Shown here piece by piece: positions 41,930 to 55,699 of a stretch of 64,000 nucleotides of DNA. A model generated the notes under the pieces. It was given only the letters and a program-made list of their open reading frames with translations. It was not told where the DNA came from and made no database searches. The stretch lies in the NCBI RefSeq assembly GCF_009914755.1, contig NC_060927.1; one strand, given 5' to 3'. Each line of letters starts with the position of its first letter. The stretch's first letter is position 1. The DNA comes from the human T2T-CHM13v2.0 reference genome, Homo sapiens. The position numbers and the translations under genes are program-made.

Positions 41930-44900
41930 TCTGATAGGTGCAAAATAGTATTTCACCATGATTGTACTTTGTATGTTTTGATTACTAGTGAGTGGAAACA
42001 TCTCTTCATACCTTCTTAACCATTTAGTTTCCTACTTTGAATTGCAGGTTTATATCCTTGCCCATTTTTTTACTATTCTGGATTATCAGATGTACTTTTG
42101 TATATTTTAAGTATTTATCTCTTGTTTTTAGGCATTACTAATACTTCCGCTTTAACCACTTTTGCTTTTTTTAAGGTGTCTTTCATTGAACGGAGATCTT
42201 TAATCTAATATAGTTAAATAAATTCTTTCTCCTTAAGATTTGCATTTTTGCAGCTGTCTGTAGGAAGACTTTTCTTTCTTCAAGATTGCAAGGGTATTCT
42301 ATATTTTCTTCTATTAATTTTATAATTTTCTTTTTTCATGCTTAGGTCTTTAATCCATATGGAGTGAACCTTTGAATATGTTGTAAGAAAGAGATTCAAA
42401 CTTTCCCAACCACATTGTGTACCAGTTTTTCCAATATTAACATCTAAATGATTTATTCTTTCTCCATCGGTTTGTGTTACATGTCAATTCTCATACATAT
42501 TAATGTTTTTGAGCCTTCTATTTCTGATATGGTTTGGCTGTGTCTCCACCCGAAATTTCATCTTGAATTGTAATCCAAATTGTAATCCCAACATGTCAGA
42601 GGCAGGACCTTGTGGGAGGTGATTAGATCATGGGGGCAGTTTCCCTATGCTGTTTTCATGATAGTGAGTGAGTTCTCATGAGACCTGATTATTTTATTAG
42701 GGGCTTTTCCCCTCTTCACTCTGCACTTTCCTGTTCTGTCACCCTATGAAGAAGGTCGTCTTTGCTTCCCTTTGTGCCTTGATTGTAAGTTTCCTGAGGC
42801 CTCCCCAGCCCTGTGGAACTGTGAGCCAATTACAACCTCTTTATAAATCACCCAGTCTTGGGCAGTCCTTTACAGCAGTGTAAGAATGAACTAATACAGT
42901 AAATTCGTACTGAGGTAGTGGGATGCTGCTATAAGGATACCAGAAAATGTGGAAGTGGCTTTGGAACTGGTTAACAGGCAGAGGTTGGAACAGTTTGCAG
43001 GGCTCAGAAGAAGACAGGAAAATGTGGGAAAGTTTGGAACTTCCTAGAGACTTGTCAAATGGCTTAGACCAAAATGCTGACAGTGATATGGACAATGAAG
43101 TCCACGCTGAAGTGGTCTCAGATGGAGATGAAGACCTTGTTGGGAACTGGAGTAAAGGTCACTCTTGCTATGCGTTAACAAAGAGACTAGTGGCATTTTG
43201 CCCCTGCTCTAGAGATCTGTGGAATGTTAAACTTGAGAGAGATTATTTAGGCTATCTGGTGGAAGATATTTCTAAGTGGCAAAGCTTTCAAGAGGAAGCA
43301 GAGCATCAAAGTTTGGGAAATTTGCAGCCTGATGATGTGATAGAACAGAAAATTCCATTTTCTGGGGAGAAATTCAACCCCTCGGCAGAAATTTGCATAA
43401 CTAACAAGCAGCCAAGTGTTAATCACCAAGATAACAGGGAAAATGTCTCCAGGGCATGTCAGAGACCTTCACAGCAGCCCCTCCTATCATAGGCCTGGAG
43501 GTCTAGGAGGGAAAAATGGTTTCCTGGGCAGGACCCAGGGCCCCCCTGCTTTGTGCAGCCTTGGGACATGGTGCTCTGAATCCCAGCTGCTTCAGCTCCA
43601 GCTGTGGGTAAAAGGGACAAAGGAAAGCTCAGGCTATTGCTTCAAAGGGTGCAAGCCCCAAGCCTTGGTGTCTTTCACATGGTGTTGAGCCTGTGAGTGT
43701 ACAGAAGTCAAGAATTGAGGTTTGGGAACCTCCGCCTAGATTTCAGGAGATGTATGGAAATGCCTGGATGTCCAGGCAAAAGTTTGGGGCAGGGGTAAAG
43801 CCCTCATGGAGAACATCTGCTAGGGTCATGTGGAAGAGAAATCTGGGGCTGGAGCCCCCAAACAGAGTCCTCACTGGGACACTGCCTAGTAGAGCTGTGA
43901 GAAGAGGGCCACCATCCTCCAGACCCCAGAACAGTAGATTCAGCAACAGCTTGCACCACACACCTGGAAAAGCCACAGACACTCAATGCCAGCCCATGAA
44001 AGCAGCTGGGAGTGGGGCTGTGGCCTGGAAAGCCACAAGGGCAGAGCTGCCCAAGGCTGTGGGAGCCCACCTCTTGCATCAGCATGAGCTGGACATGAGA
44101 CATGGAGCCAGAGGAGATCATTTTGGAACTTTAAGCTTAGCTTAATGACTGCCCTGCTGGATTTTGGTCTTGTATGGTGTCTGCCTGTAGCACCTTCATT
44201 TTGGCCGATTTCTCCCATTTGGAAGAGGTGTTACCCAATGCCTGTACCCCCATTGTACCTAGAAAGTAAATAACATGCGTTTGATTTTACAGGCTCATAG
44301 GTGGAAGGGTCATGCCTTGTCTCAGACGAGACTTTGGACTTGGACTTTTGAGATAATACTGGAATGAGTTAAGAATTTGGGGGACTGTTATAAAGACATG
44401 ATTGTATTTTGAAATGTGAGGACATGAGATTTGGGAGGAGGCGGGGGCAGAATAATATAGTTTGGTAGTCTTTCCACCCAAAATCTCAACTTGAATTGTA
44501 ATCCCTGTTGTAATCTCCACGTGTTGGGGGCAGGACCTTGTGGGAGGTGATTAGATCATGGGGTTGGTTCCCCCATGCTGTTCTCATGATAGTGATTGAG
44601 TTCTCATGAGGTCTGATGGTTTTATAAGGGGCTTTTCCCCATTTCACTCTTCACTTCTCTCTCCTGTCACCATGTGAAGAATGTGTTTGCTTCCCCTTCC
44701 ACCATGATTGTAACTTTCCTGAGACCTCCCCAGCCCTGTAGAACTGTGAGTTAAACCTCTTAAATTAAACCTCTTTTCTTTATAAATTACCCAGTCTTGG
44801 GCAGTTCTTTATAGCAGCATGAGAAAAGACTAATACAATTTCATTTTTTGGTCTATTCTTGTCAGTATTGTGCCTATACTATAATTTTAGTATGTTTTAT

Positions 44901-45240
44901 TATCTGAAAGTCAGTCATGATATATTTACATTTCTTCAAATCATTCTCCCATAAAGATTGATTTATTATTTTGTGGTATGTTAGGTTGCTATTGCAAATG
45001 ATGTATTGTTTACTATATTTTCTAGCTAGTTATTGTCATCGTTATTGCCATAGAAGAAACCTATTAATTTTTGTTAGTTGAGCTTCTATTCAGCAAACTT
45101 GGTCAATTTTCTCATTAGGACTAATAGCTTACCTGTTGACCTCTTGGGTTATCTACATAGTTGATCAAATCACCAGTAAGTAATGACAGTCTTATCTCCT
45201 CCCTTTCAATTCTTATGTCTTTCATTTATCCTTTCCAATG
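41930..45240 (-). mobile_element. Old L1M fragments (host of the THE1 insertion)
   Basis: T-rich antisense ORF2 sequence (ttaggtctttaatccatatggag, gctattgcaaatg) on both sides of the THE1. Confidence 0.65.
42525..44837 (+). mobile_element. Complete THE1C/D MaLR element: 5' LTR 42525-42898, internal 42899-44452, 3' LTR 44453-44837
   Basis: TGATATGGTTTGG...CTAATACA LTRs; THE1-int ORF remnant (MWKWLWNW.../MWESLELPRDL); perfect 5-bp TSD ATTTC. Confidence 0.95.
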
Positions 45241-45514
45241 TTACATTACTGACATTGCTGTAATAAACACCCTGAAAGCTAAATCTTTGAGCATAATCCA
45301 TATTATTTTTATAGAACACACTCATAGAAGGGGGTTTTTGGGTCAGAGAGTATTCTACTTTTAAGACTTTTCAAATATATTGTAAAAATGTATACCAAAA
45401 TGTTTTCCCAACAATAGTGTATCAAAATGTGATTTTTTGGGATTTCTACCAATATCTCAGCTTATCTATTTTTAATTTTTATAATTTGATAATATTAAAG
45501 TTATCTCCTTTTAA

Positions 45515-45648
45515 GCACCACACACCTGGAAAAGCCACAGACACTCAATGCCAGCTGCTGGAAGTGGGGCTGTGGCCTGGAAAGCCACAAGGGCAGAGCT
45601 GCCCAAGGCTGTGGGAGCCCACCTCTTGCATCAGCATGAGCTGGACAT
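45515..45648 (+). repeat. Local 134-bp copy of THE1-int 43953-44096
   Basis: Identical except for a 10-bp deletion and 2 substitutions. Confidence 0.95.
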
Positions 45649-46032
45649 TTTTAGGTATCAGTTATAAAGTGAGTGTAACGTATAAAGTAAATCAGAAAAT
45701 ATATTAGCTTTTTGTCAGAATTTTATTATGATATTAAATAAGGCAGTTAACATATTTAAATGCTCTATTGCTTACACCCAATTTCCCATTCTCTAAATGC
45801 ACAAAGGATTCTTAATTTATATTTTCAATGTATTAAATTTCTGCTTTGTGTAAGTCATGATACTAGGTACAGTCAGGGATCAAAACTCTGATAATCATGA
45901 TCCTTGGTCTTCAGAAACTTCTAACAGGAAAAATTAGAGATAGACATAAGTAGTTATAACAGATGGTAGAAACTGATATTTGCCATAGGAGTCTCATAAG
46001 TAAATTCCATAGAATGTTAAAAGAGGTAAATA

Positions 46033-46364
46033 CAGTCATATGTCACATAAAATACTTCTGTCAGCTTTGGATGCATGTATGATGGTGATCCCATAAGACT
46101 ATAATACCATATTTTTACTGTACCTTTTCTATGTTTAGATACACAAATACCACTGTGTTACAATTACCTATAGCATTCACTACAGGAACATGCTATAGAG
46201 GTATGCTGCCTAGGAGCAATAGGCTATACCATATATCCTGGGTGTTCTGTAGGCTACGCCATCTAGGTTTGTGTAAGTACACGCTATGATGTTTGCAAAA
46301 TGTCAAAATCGCCAAGCAATGCATTTTTCAGAACGTATTCCATGTCACCAAGCACACAAGACTG
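46033..46364 (+). mobile_element. Tigger3a (MER7A)
   Basis: CAGTC...GACTG termini with TA TSD; characteristic gcctaggagcaataggctatacc. Confidence 0.9.
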
Positions 46365-46369
46365 TAACA

Positions 46370-47690
46370 TAAAGTGAAAGAGTTTTAAAGAATGCAATAA
46401 GAAGTGGAGGACAGCTGAAAAATTCTGAGCAGGGAAACAAAATGATTCCAATCACATTTAAAAGATCTTGATCTGTCAGTGTATTTAGAATGGATTGAGA
46501 AAGGTCAAGAAAGTAGCCTCAAGACAGATAAAGTGGTTAATGGAATATTTAGACCAGGTAAAGAAGCAGTGATGGGTTGAATCAGTGAATTAACAGCAGA
46601 GATTAAAAGGTGGGAGACAATATGCAGGTAAACTTGTCAGGATTTAGCATTGGTCAGATTTAGTAGCCTAAAGAACAGGGAATGGCTCCTACATTTTTAG
46701 CTTGAGCTATTGGCAAGAGAGTGGAGCCATTAACACAAATGGGTTAGAAATCCAGGGCAAGAGTAGTCCAATCTGAAGAGTTGAAAAATAAAATGTCTGA
46801 CATGTAGTTAGAAGCTGGAAGTGTGTGGTTTTTTTTCTGTGTGTGTGTGTGTCTGTCTGTCTTTCTAGCTCAGAGTAGAAGTAAAGACATGAATTTGGGC
46901 TGGGTGCAGTGGCTCATGCCTGTAATCCCAGCACTTTGGGAGGCTGAGGCAAGCAGATTACTTGAGGCCAGGAGTTTGAGACCAGCCTAGCCAACATGGC
47001 AAAACCCTGTCTCTACTAAAAATACAAAATTAGCTGGACACATTGACGTGTGCCTGTAGTCCCAGCTACTCGGGTGGCTGAGGCAAGAGAATCACTTGAA
47101 CCCAGTAGGCAGAGGTTTCAGTGAGCTGAGATGGTGCCACTGCACTCCAGCCTGGGTGACACAGCCAGACTGTTTCTCAGAAATAAATAAGTAAGTACAT
47201 GAATTTGGGAGTCATTTGCATAGAGCCAAAGGTAAAGCTCCTATGGCCACAATCACTCAGAAAGAGAAGATAAAGCAAGTAAATGAAAGAGAGTTAAGAT
47301 AGCAACATCTTACAGGTTTACAAGTAAAGAAGCAGCAGAGAAAAAGATAGTGAAAACAAAGGCAATCATTAAGAGTGACAGGAGAACTCAAAGGTGCGGG
47401 AACATGAAACCCAAGGGAGACGGAGATGAGAAGCACAATTTGGTCAAAAGGATCAAATGCATGACCAATTGACAAGGGTGAAGACAAAGAACAGAACTGA
47501 ATCCACTGCATAAGGGGCATCAGTAACCCTGAGACAAAATCTAGCGTAGTTACAGGTCCTGAAGCCAGAAAGTATTCATCAGCCACAAAAAAGAACAGGC
47601 AATGACAGCCAAGCATTCTAACTGTAGGTGTGGTCATGAAAACCCCAGGAGATGTTAAGACAGTACCTCAAGAGAGTTGGGAAGAAGCTT
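46370..47690 (-). mobile_element. Diverged L2 fragments
   Basis: tgagcagggaaac...tttgggagtcatt motifs flanking the Alu. Confidence 0.5.
46898..47190 (+). mobile_element. AluJb/Sz
   Basis: Full length; TSD acatgaatttg. Confidence 0.95.
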
Positions 47691-50600
47691 CTTTAGAGAA
47701 AAGGAAACCTGACATACTTATAGGAAGAGTAAATGGGGCCCATGAAGAGATAAAAGTTAAAGATACAAAGAAAAACTCTAATTAATAAAACAAAGCCTTT
47801 AACGATGTAGAGGGTATTGGAGAAAATGTACAGATCAAGAAACAATCTTAAAAAGTATGAAGGGTGCATTTTGTTCAGGGAACAGAGAACTGTTTTTTTG
47901 AAAAAGTAACCTTTCACAAATAGAGCTAACATTATTTTTAATGTGGGAAAAAGATCAACTGAACTATAACCTGTAGAATTTAGGACTGAGACTATCCTCT
48001 AATTGGTCAATCATCTTCTCAGATATATCAGTAAGTAAACAGTTGTTTTGAAAAGTCTTAGTGGCAAAAGTTGCCTTCCTGATAACAGAATGGTGATTTT
48101 TCCTTTCTCTTGGTACTGCTTGCATTTGTAATAATATTAATTTTGCTACCTATTTGAGTCAAGGGCTAGTGAATAACTCAGGATATCTCCTTCTACAATT
48201 CCAGGGTATAAACCAAGTCCAAATGACTTTATGGCAGGCTCTGAAAAAAACTTTCACCAGTGACTAATAGAGTCCTATGGCTTCCTACATTGTAAACTGC
48301 CTCTGATTACAAAACAAGCCACCATATGCTGCTGCTCCCTGAGGCTCTTTCTTTTGTGGTAGTCCATCCATCCTTTGTTGTAAACCTGTAATCCTAAAGG
48401 ATCAATATCTGACCTTTTACTCTGTATCAGTTAATGATCTACCTTGTTATGAAACCAAAGATGGGAATAGCCACATGACCACACTTTGCTATTGCTCTCC
48501 TCTAATATACACAAAATACTACACTTTGTGGAAGTGAAGGGAAATGCTAGGTAACTATTTCAACTCAAATAAGTACTGCACCTCCATTCAATGGGAAGAG
48601 TTAGTTCACTTGCCGATGTGACTAAAGGAGTGAATGAAGGCAAGTGCAACGCTAACAAGGAAGGCAGATTCCTCTCTGGGGCATTCTAGGGATTTGGAGT
48701 TGGCAAACAAGATGATGCCCTACATAACACACAGAACATGATAGAACCTAATAAATATAAAGAAAGAGCTAGAGGACTATAACAGAGTAAATAAACTTCT
48801 GATTTAAAAAACCATCTATTTAAATACTTGCTCAGGAGTTAATCATAAGGTCTATCATAATAGTTGGAGACTATTGTCAGTTTTCATAAAAGATGTGCTT
48901 TCACTTGCATAAGTTGATAAACTCTAAGCTTAGGTATTTTGATAGAAAATAATTGACTAAGTAACAATTTACTAGACCTGTGGTTTGTAAATTTAAAAGT
49001 AGTCAGTAATAAAATAATATACTTCCATTCCTTATCTCTTTAAAATGTTAGGAGATTGTGTGCTCTTTTTTTAACATAAGCTTTATATGAACTCAGACAT
49101 TTCATAGTCACAAGATAAGCTTCTTGTTTCTTACCTGGACACATCTGGAATAGGAACAGGTGGTAGCATACCTTCAACTGCTTTAAAACTCTTGCTTGAT
49201 TTATAACATGAAACTTGTCTTGGCACTAAATGCTTCTGCTTCTTCTGCCCATCCTTCTGCTTCTTTAGTTTCTATTTCTTACTGCCCTGCACTGCATTGT
49301 GAATATTAAAGCTTTAATGACACAATTGCAAAATGTAGAAGTTATAGAAATTTTGGAATGATTATAACAAAATGTTACAAGAAATTGTTACTATGTAGTG
49401 AGATTATTGGTGACTTTCTTTTTTATACTTCTATATATTCATCTTCCCCATGCTTCTTTAATATTCCCTGAAATATTCACAAAATATTATTTTATAATAA
49501 GATGATACTATTTGCATTTGAAAAAATTGATTGTAAACCATTTACATTTGAATCACTTTTTTCATAGTTCTATGAAAGCACTTTTGTATAAAGCTAGAAT
49601 CATTTGAAACTTGTAATTCCTATGTTTCAGGTTTATAAAACATTGCCTTCCTTCTATAATTTATTTAAATTCAGGTATATGTGTGATTATACAAACATGT
49701 ATTTCTACATTTTCTGATTCTTAATGGAATTGGAGGTGAAGAAAACCAAATTTAGTCAACTCCTGAGATTTAAGATAAGCAATTTTGCTTACCAAAACCA
49801 AGTTGAATTCCAAACCATTCATTTCCACCCACATTAATCTCAATGCAACACAACCAGTTAATCTTATTTAATTTTATTTTTCTAGAGTGGAAAATATTGT
49901 GGTCAGCATTCTGACTTTATGAAAAAAAGATGACTTTCAGCCAGAGCAGTATCGCTTATTCTCATTTAAATCACTGATGATTTTCTTACTGCAAAAATTC
50001 ACTTTAATTTTTAAAACATGTTCAAAAAATAATGTAACAAACACATTTGGTAAAGGATCAAAGATATTGAGTCCTTCTCCCCCTTCAATTTCTAAATTCT
50101 ATGGAACCATAATACCTCATAGCTAATTAGGTGTTAATTTAGAAAATTCCCTACATGGAAACATATCCCAGTTCTTGCAAATCTACACAATTGCGATATT
50201 TCCTGTTCTTGTGCTATTCAACTCTTCCTTGAGAACTAGCTTACAGAGGTTTCTTTTTTAAATATATATTATACTTCAAGAGCAATGTATATATCAATGT
50301 TACTGCCCACTGAGAAGTAACCTAAGGGGGAAACTGTCCCAATAGGATGAATGTTCATCTTCAGGAAAGTCTGTATCTTTTAGGAAAAATAATGGCTCAA
50401 AGGAGTCAAGTTGACAGAGAAAGAGAGTATATGATGATAAATCAATTATATATTATCCCCTGGAAAATAGTGACTCTGACCACCTCACTAACTACTTCAC
50501 AGGATTATTGTGAAGAGAAAATGAGAATTTAGGTAAAAGCATTTTGTAAATTTTAAAGTACTATGCAAATATTATTCTTCTATTCTTCCCAAATAATTTA

Positions 50601-52821
50601 CGTTGGTACAGTTTCTGGCACAGCATAAAAATAGTCAAGTTTCCTGACAACACAAGTTAAATGTTTACTTTAGCTGATTAAATTGGTCACAATTAGAAAT
50701 ACATTGATTTGTATTGTTTCTTATTATTTTAAAATGAGAACTCAAGCAACGTGTTACGAATAAGATGATAAAGAGGCATTACCTGAATTTTCTATAATGA
50801 AATTGTGTAGCTTAGAGGGAAAAATCATGTAGTAATGTGACAAATTTCTAGTATTCTTCGATCATACTCTGCCTGGTTGCTCCAGTCCACCACTGAACTT
50901 ACTGGGTTTCTTTTGTTTGTTTCTCTTCTACTATATGTATTTGATATTTGTTATTCAGATTGCATTTTTGATCATCATACTGCATTCACAGTTGACAGAC
51001 TTGTTAATATGATAGTTTTCCATTGTTTTATTGTAAGAAAATTTTAGCATTATAGTAATTGTGCTTAAATTGAAAGTAACACATCCAGTTTTCCAGGTAC
51101 AAGATTTTTATGGATGTAGAACTGCTCACAACTTCAATGGACAACAGCGGTGCTGATTACAGATCATTCAAACAAATGTTCTTTGATTTGGCTATTATAA
51201 CCACGTCTGTCTCTGCTAAGGGGGGAAAATAAAGCTGGTGATGTAATTCCCTGTGTGTTGAAACCTTTTAGCTGGGAACAGCTTTTTAATGGCTTTTCTT
51301 GCAGTCAGCAAGAAATGTACATTTATTCAACTGAAAGCAACGGTGATAAAGAGAAAAAAAATGTTTCCAACTCTTGTTTCACTACATGATTTTGAAGATG
51401 GTTTTGTGAAGTTTCATTTACAGTCTCTAACAAAGCAAATCAAGAGATACATATATTATCTGTGTATAGAACACAATAAAAGTCTGAAGAGAAATAAAAT
51501 GACTGCATCAGATGATATAGCACTGTGTCTGCCCAGACAGGGCCTATTTTATTCCTAATCATAAAGAATTGACTGGTAAATGTTACATATTTATTCACTT
51601 TTGGAAAAAATTTCCTAGTTCAATTCAATATAATAAGTCACCTAATGATCATAGCCTTTGTAACAAAAGAACTACCAGGATGTTGCAAATGTTAGTGCAG
51701 ATCAGGGGAAACATTACCACTCTCATCTGCAAGATGGCTTCTGTCTAATTAGATGACTGCAAGGATCTCAGCTGAGGTCACATCGCCATCACCAACATTG
51801 AGACATGTCAGAATACAGTATGCTGATTGTCAGATTTAGGCATATCCAGAGACTATATTGAAATTGGCTGTAATAGGATTTAACTTCTTTTCTTGAGTGG
51901 GTGCTCTATGAAAGATTTGAAATTAAATCTCTACGACACATTTATGGTGGAGTTCAATTTAAACAGGAATTGGGTTCTAAAATCGGCAAGTCAAACAAAA
52001 AATCTAGTAGACCCAAAATCACCATTTAAAAGCTGTTGCGCTATCCTTAAACCTCCAGGATTTAGGTCCTTGTGTAGTCAAAATCCAGGAGTTATCTCCT
52101 TTTTTTCTTTGCATTTTAGTCGTAACCTCCTCTGGCATAGTGGAGGTCAGGATCTAATTTGAACCAGGGACTATCCCTGAATCAATGAGTCTCTCTCTTT
52201 CTCTCTCTCTCCTTCTCTCTCTCTCTGCTTTTCTGTTTTTGCGAAGCCTGCAATATTGAGTTCATAGAATTTAAATGAGTTTAATGCTATTGCAGTATCC
52301 TGAAACTGCCTATGCTATTCTGAATATTTAACTACATTATTTTTCTTTAATCTTTGTGATAGGCATTAATACTTTCATTTTTAGAGGAGGAAACAGGCTA
52401 ACAGAACTTATGAAACTTGCAGATAAGTGACAAAGCTTGAATTCAAACCAACTGTATTCCAAAGCCTGTGGCCTTTATATTATACTGCCCTCAATGCCTA
52501 GAAATGTTGGGATGTATTTAAAGTATTACTACAATCATAAAATAAATAATAGAGTGGAATCTAACCAGATTATTTGATAATTTTTAGCATGCTACTTTAA
52601 ATGTCTCCATTAAATAAAAAGCAGTTATCTAGGCCATGTTATCTAACCCTCTCCATCACTCTTCTCAGCCAGGTTCTAAAAATTCCTTAGCCTTACTGAT
52701 TGTTTATTTTATTTTAATTCCTCCTTCTTTTAAACCAACATGCAAAATACTTTTATAAAAGTCTTCCTCAAACACTTTTTCATCACATTATCACCCTCCT
52801 TAAAAATTTTCAGTTGCTCCC

Positions 52822-53124
52822 AGTAATGGTTAATTTTTTATGTCCACTTGGCTGGGCCGTGGTATCCAGATATTTGGTCAAACATTATTTTGGACATTTC
52901 GATGAAGATGCCTTTTCAATGATATTAGCATTTAAAGTAGTAGACTTTGAGTAGAGCATACTGCCCTCCATAATGTGGGTGGGTCTCTAATAGAATAGAG
53001 ACTGATTTCCTCCCCAACAAGAAGGAATCCCACCAGCAAACTTCCTTGAACTGCAACTGCAACTCTTCCCTGAGTCTCCAGTCTGCTGGCATACCCCATC
53101 AGATTCTTTCTCTTCCTCTGTCTG

Positions 53125-53174
<50 letters not shown>

Positions 53175-53207
53175 TGTATGTATACATCCTGTTGGTTCTG
53201 TTTCTCT
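52822..53207 (+). mobile_element. MLT2(B/D) LTR with internal (CT)n(GT)n
   Basis: gtaatggttaattttttatgtccacttggctggg...catcctgttggttctgtttctct. Confidence 0.85.
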
Positions 53208-53661
53208 ATTAATTCCCTATTTTCTATTTTATTAAGCTAAGCTCTTGACTTTGGTTTTCAGAGGTTTCTGTGATTAGAAAGCATCTATTGAAATTCATTT
53301 CCTGTCAACTTCTCATACACTTCTTCCATTATAGTCAAAATTTATTCATTTGCTTTTTATTTTCCCATATTTTTGCCTATAAAATGTTAATAGCTACTGA
53401 AAATGTTTAACATGTTTGTCTTTTTCATGCCTCTACCTCGGCATCAACTTTCGCTATCCAGAATAGTACAAGTTTGGAAGTAACTTTATATCAATGTGGT
53501 AAGAAATTAGCTATATTTTGCAAAATACCTGCTTTGCAATTTTGCCTGTGGTGTTTTAAATTTCTGTCTCTCTTACATATCTATTCACTGTTCTCTTTAC
53601 ACTCTCTAGTTATTCAAAATCTCATCCACCATTACAGACTTATTCATCATTGAAGTCTCAT

Positions 53662-54945
53662 TGTCTTAGTCCATTCAGGCTGCTATAGCAAAATATCATG
53701 TCTTCCAAACAATGGATATTTATTTCTCACAATTTGGGAGACAGAGAAGTTCACGGTAAGGCAAATCCAATGTCTGGTGAGGGCTTTACTTTCTGGCTCA
53801 TAGACGGGGGCTTCCTGCTATGTTTACCCTGGCAGGAATTGCATGTTGGTGGCTCTATCAGTCTGGGGTCACAGGGGCAGCCCCACTCCCATGGCTTCTC
53901 TGGACATTGCCCTGATGAAGGCTCACCACTGTGGCGGCATGCTCACTGGGGCTTTTGCACTCTGAGCTTGTAATGGAGGTGGTACCTCTAAGTATTTCTG
54001 AATTGCCTTCAGAATTACTCTTCTATGGTTTTGGACAATAGGTCCTGGCTTCTGTTTAGATGGCTGACTAGTATCAGACAGTCATTTGGCCACACTCTTG
54101 ATGTTCTCTTCTGAATACCCTTTCTCATTCTTCGTGAAAGAGATAGGTTGAAAATTTTCCAAATACTTATGTTCCACTTTTTTGTTTTCAAGTTAGTAGT
54201 TCCACTTTAAAATTGTTTCTCTTGTCCCACATTTTACTAGAGCAGGTGAGAAGAAGCACTTTCAATATTTTGCTTAGAAATTTACCCAGCCAAATAGTCA
54301 ATTTCATTCCTCAAAAGTTCTGCTTTCCACAAAACACAATGACATGAACACAATTCAGCTAAGTTCTTTCCAGTTTATGATGAGGATCACCTTTCCTACA
54401 TTGTCCCATAACATGTTCTTCATTTCCTTCTGAGACTTCATCAGTAGAACCATTACCCTCCATATTTCTACCACCATTCTGTACACGATCACTTATGTAT
54501 TCTCTTAAGAAGAGGGAGGCTCTCTCTACAGCCATCCTTCTCTCCTTCTGGGTCCTCACCAGAATTGCCCTTTATAATCTGTTCATGGCAATGTAGACTT
54601 TTTATAACATGCACCTCAAAAATCTCTGGCTTCAACCCATTACCCAGTTCCAAATCTCTTTCTGCAGTTTTAGGTATTTGTTACAGCAGCATCCTCACTT
54701 CTCAGTACCCATTTTCAGTCTTAGTTCATTCACATTGCTAGAATACCATAAGCTAGGTAACTCATAGAAAACAGAAATTTATTTCTCATAGTTCTGGAGG
54801 CTAGGAATTCCAAGATAAAAGCATATCCGGTGTGTGGTAAAGATCCATTTTCTGGCTCGTAGACAGTGTTCTCACATGGTAGATGAGGCAAGAGAGTTTT
54901 TTTCAAGTCTTTTATGATGGCACCAATTCCATTTATGAGGATTCT
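53662..54945 (-). mobile_element. Deleted MST(C/D)/MLT1A-type MaLR element: LTR 53662-53835, internal 53836-54716, LTR 54717-54945
   Basis: Two (t/a)gtcttagt.cattca LTR ends flank MaLR internal sequence (ttacccagttccaaa, tttaggtatttgttacagcagc). Confidence 0.75.
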
Positions 54946-54984
54946 TTACTAATAAAGGTATAAGCACAACTTGCATGTCAATCC

Positions 54985-55624
54985 ATACTGGTTATGTATT
55001 TCTATGTAAAAAATCAACCTAAAGCTTAGTGGTATAAAACAACCATTTTATTGTTCTATTTTGTGGTTTAGAAATTCAGGCAGAGTACAGTGGGGATGGC
55101 TCTTCTTTAATCCACAATGACTAGGCCCATAGCCATAGAAGCTTGAACAGTTGGGATCATATGGCAGGGACCATGACAAAGGACTTTTGTTCTTGCTGTT
55201 CACTGGGGTCCTTTGTACTTCTTCATGTTACATCTGCTGGGAATGGATCCAAGATGGCTTATGTCTGGTGCTAGGATAGCTAGAATAGTTATGGCTGGGC
55301 CATCATTTCCTTTCCACATGGTTTTATTGGATTCCTCACAGTATGGCAGTCTCAGGGAGGTAGTCACATTTATTCAACAGTGACTGACTCACTCCAGGGG
55401 AAGCCTTCCATGAGCTGCTGGTGAAAGTTGCAAGGCTTCTTATGACTTGGTCTGGGAAGTTTCAGAATGTCTCTTCCACCACATTCTGTTGTTCAATCAA
55501 TTCATCCAGACAGGTCCAGATTCAAGGTGAGGGGAAAAATAGACTCTTCTTCTAAAGAAGGAATGCCATGAACATACATGAAGAGAAAAATTTGGTGGTG
55601 GCCATCTATGAGATAAGTTCCTAC
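54985..55624 (-). mobile_element. Old MLT1 (F/G-like) LTR
   Basis: aaagcttagtggtataaaacaaccatttt...ccagattcaaggtgagggg. Confidence 0.7.
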
Positions 55625-55699
55625 ATTCTTCATAAAGTTATTTTGAGTATTGAAAAGGTAGATTTATATAATAAGTACTTCACTCAGTAAATGGGTGAA

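Noticed and set aside
42947-44145. 181-aa and 150-aa ORFs
   Set aside because: Standard THE1-internal degenerate ORF remnants, not a host gene.
49130-49290. Minus-strand donor-like CAG|GTAAG at 49130-49137; another at ~58086
   Set aside because: No convincing paired acceptor or ORF; such motifs are expected by chance in 64 kb. A lncRNA exon cannot be excluded without RNA data.
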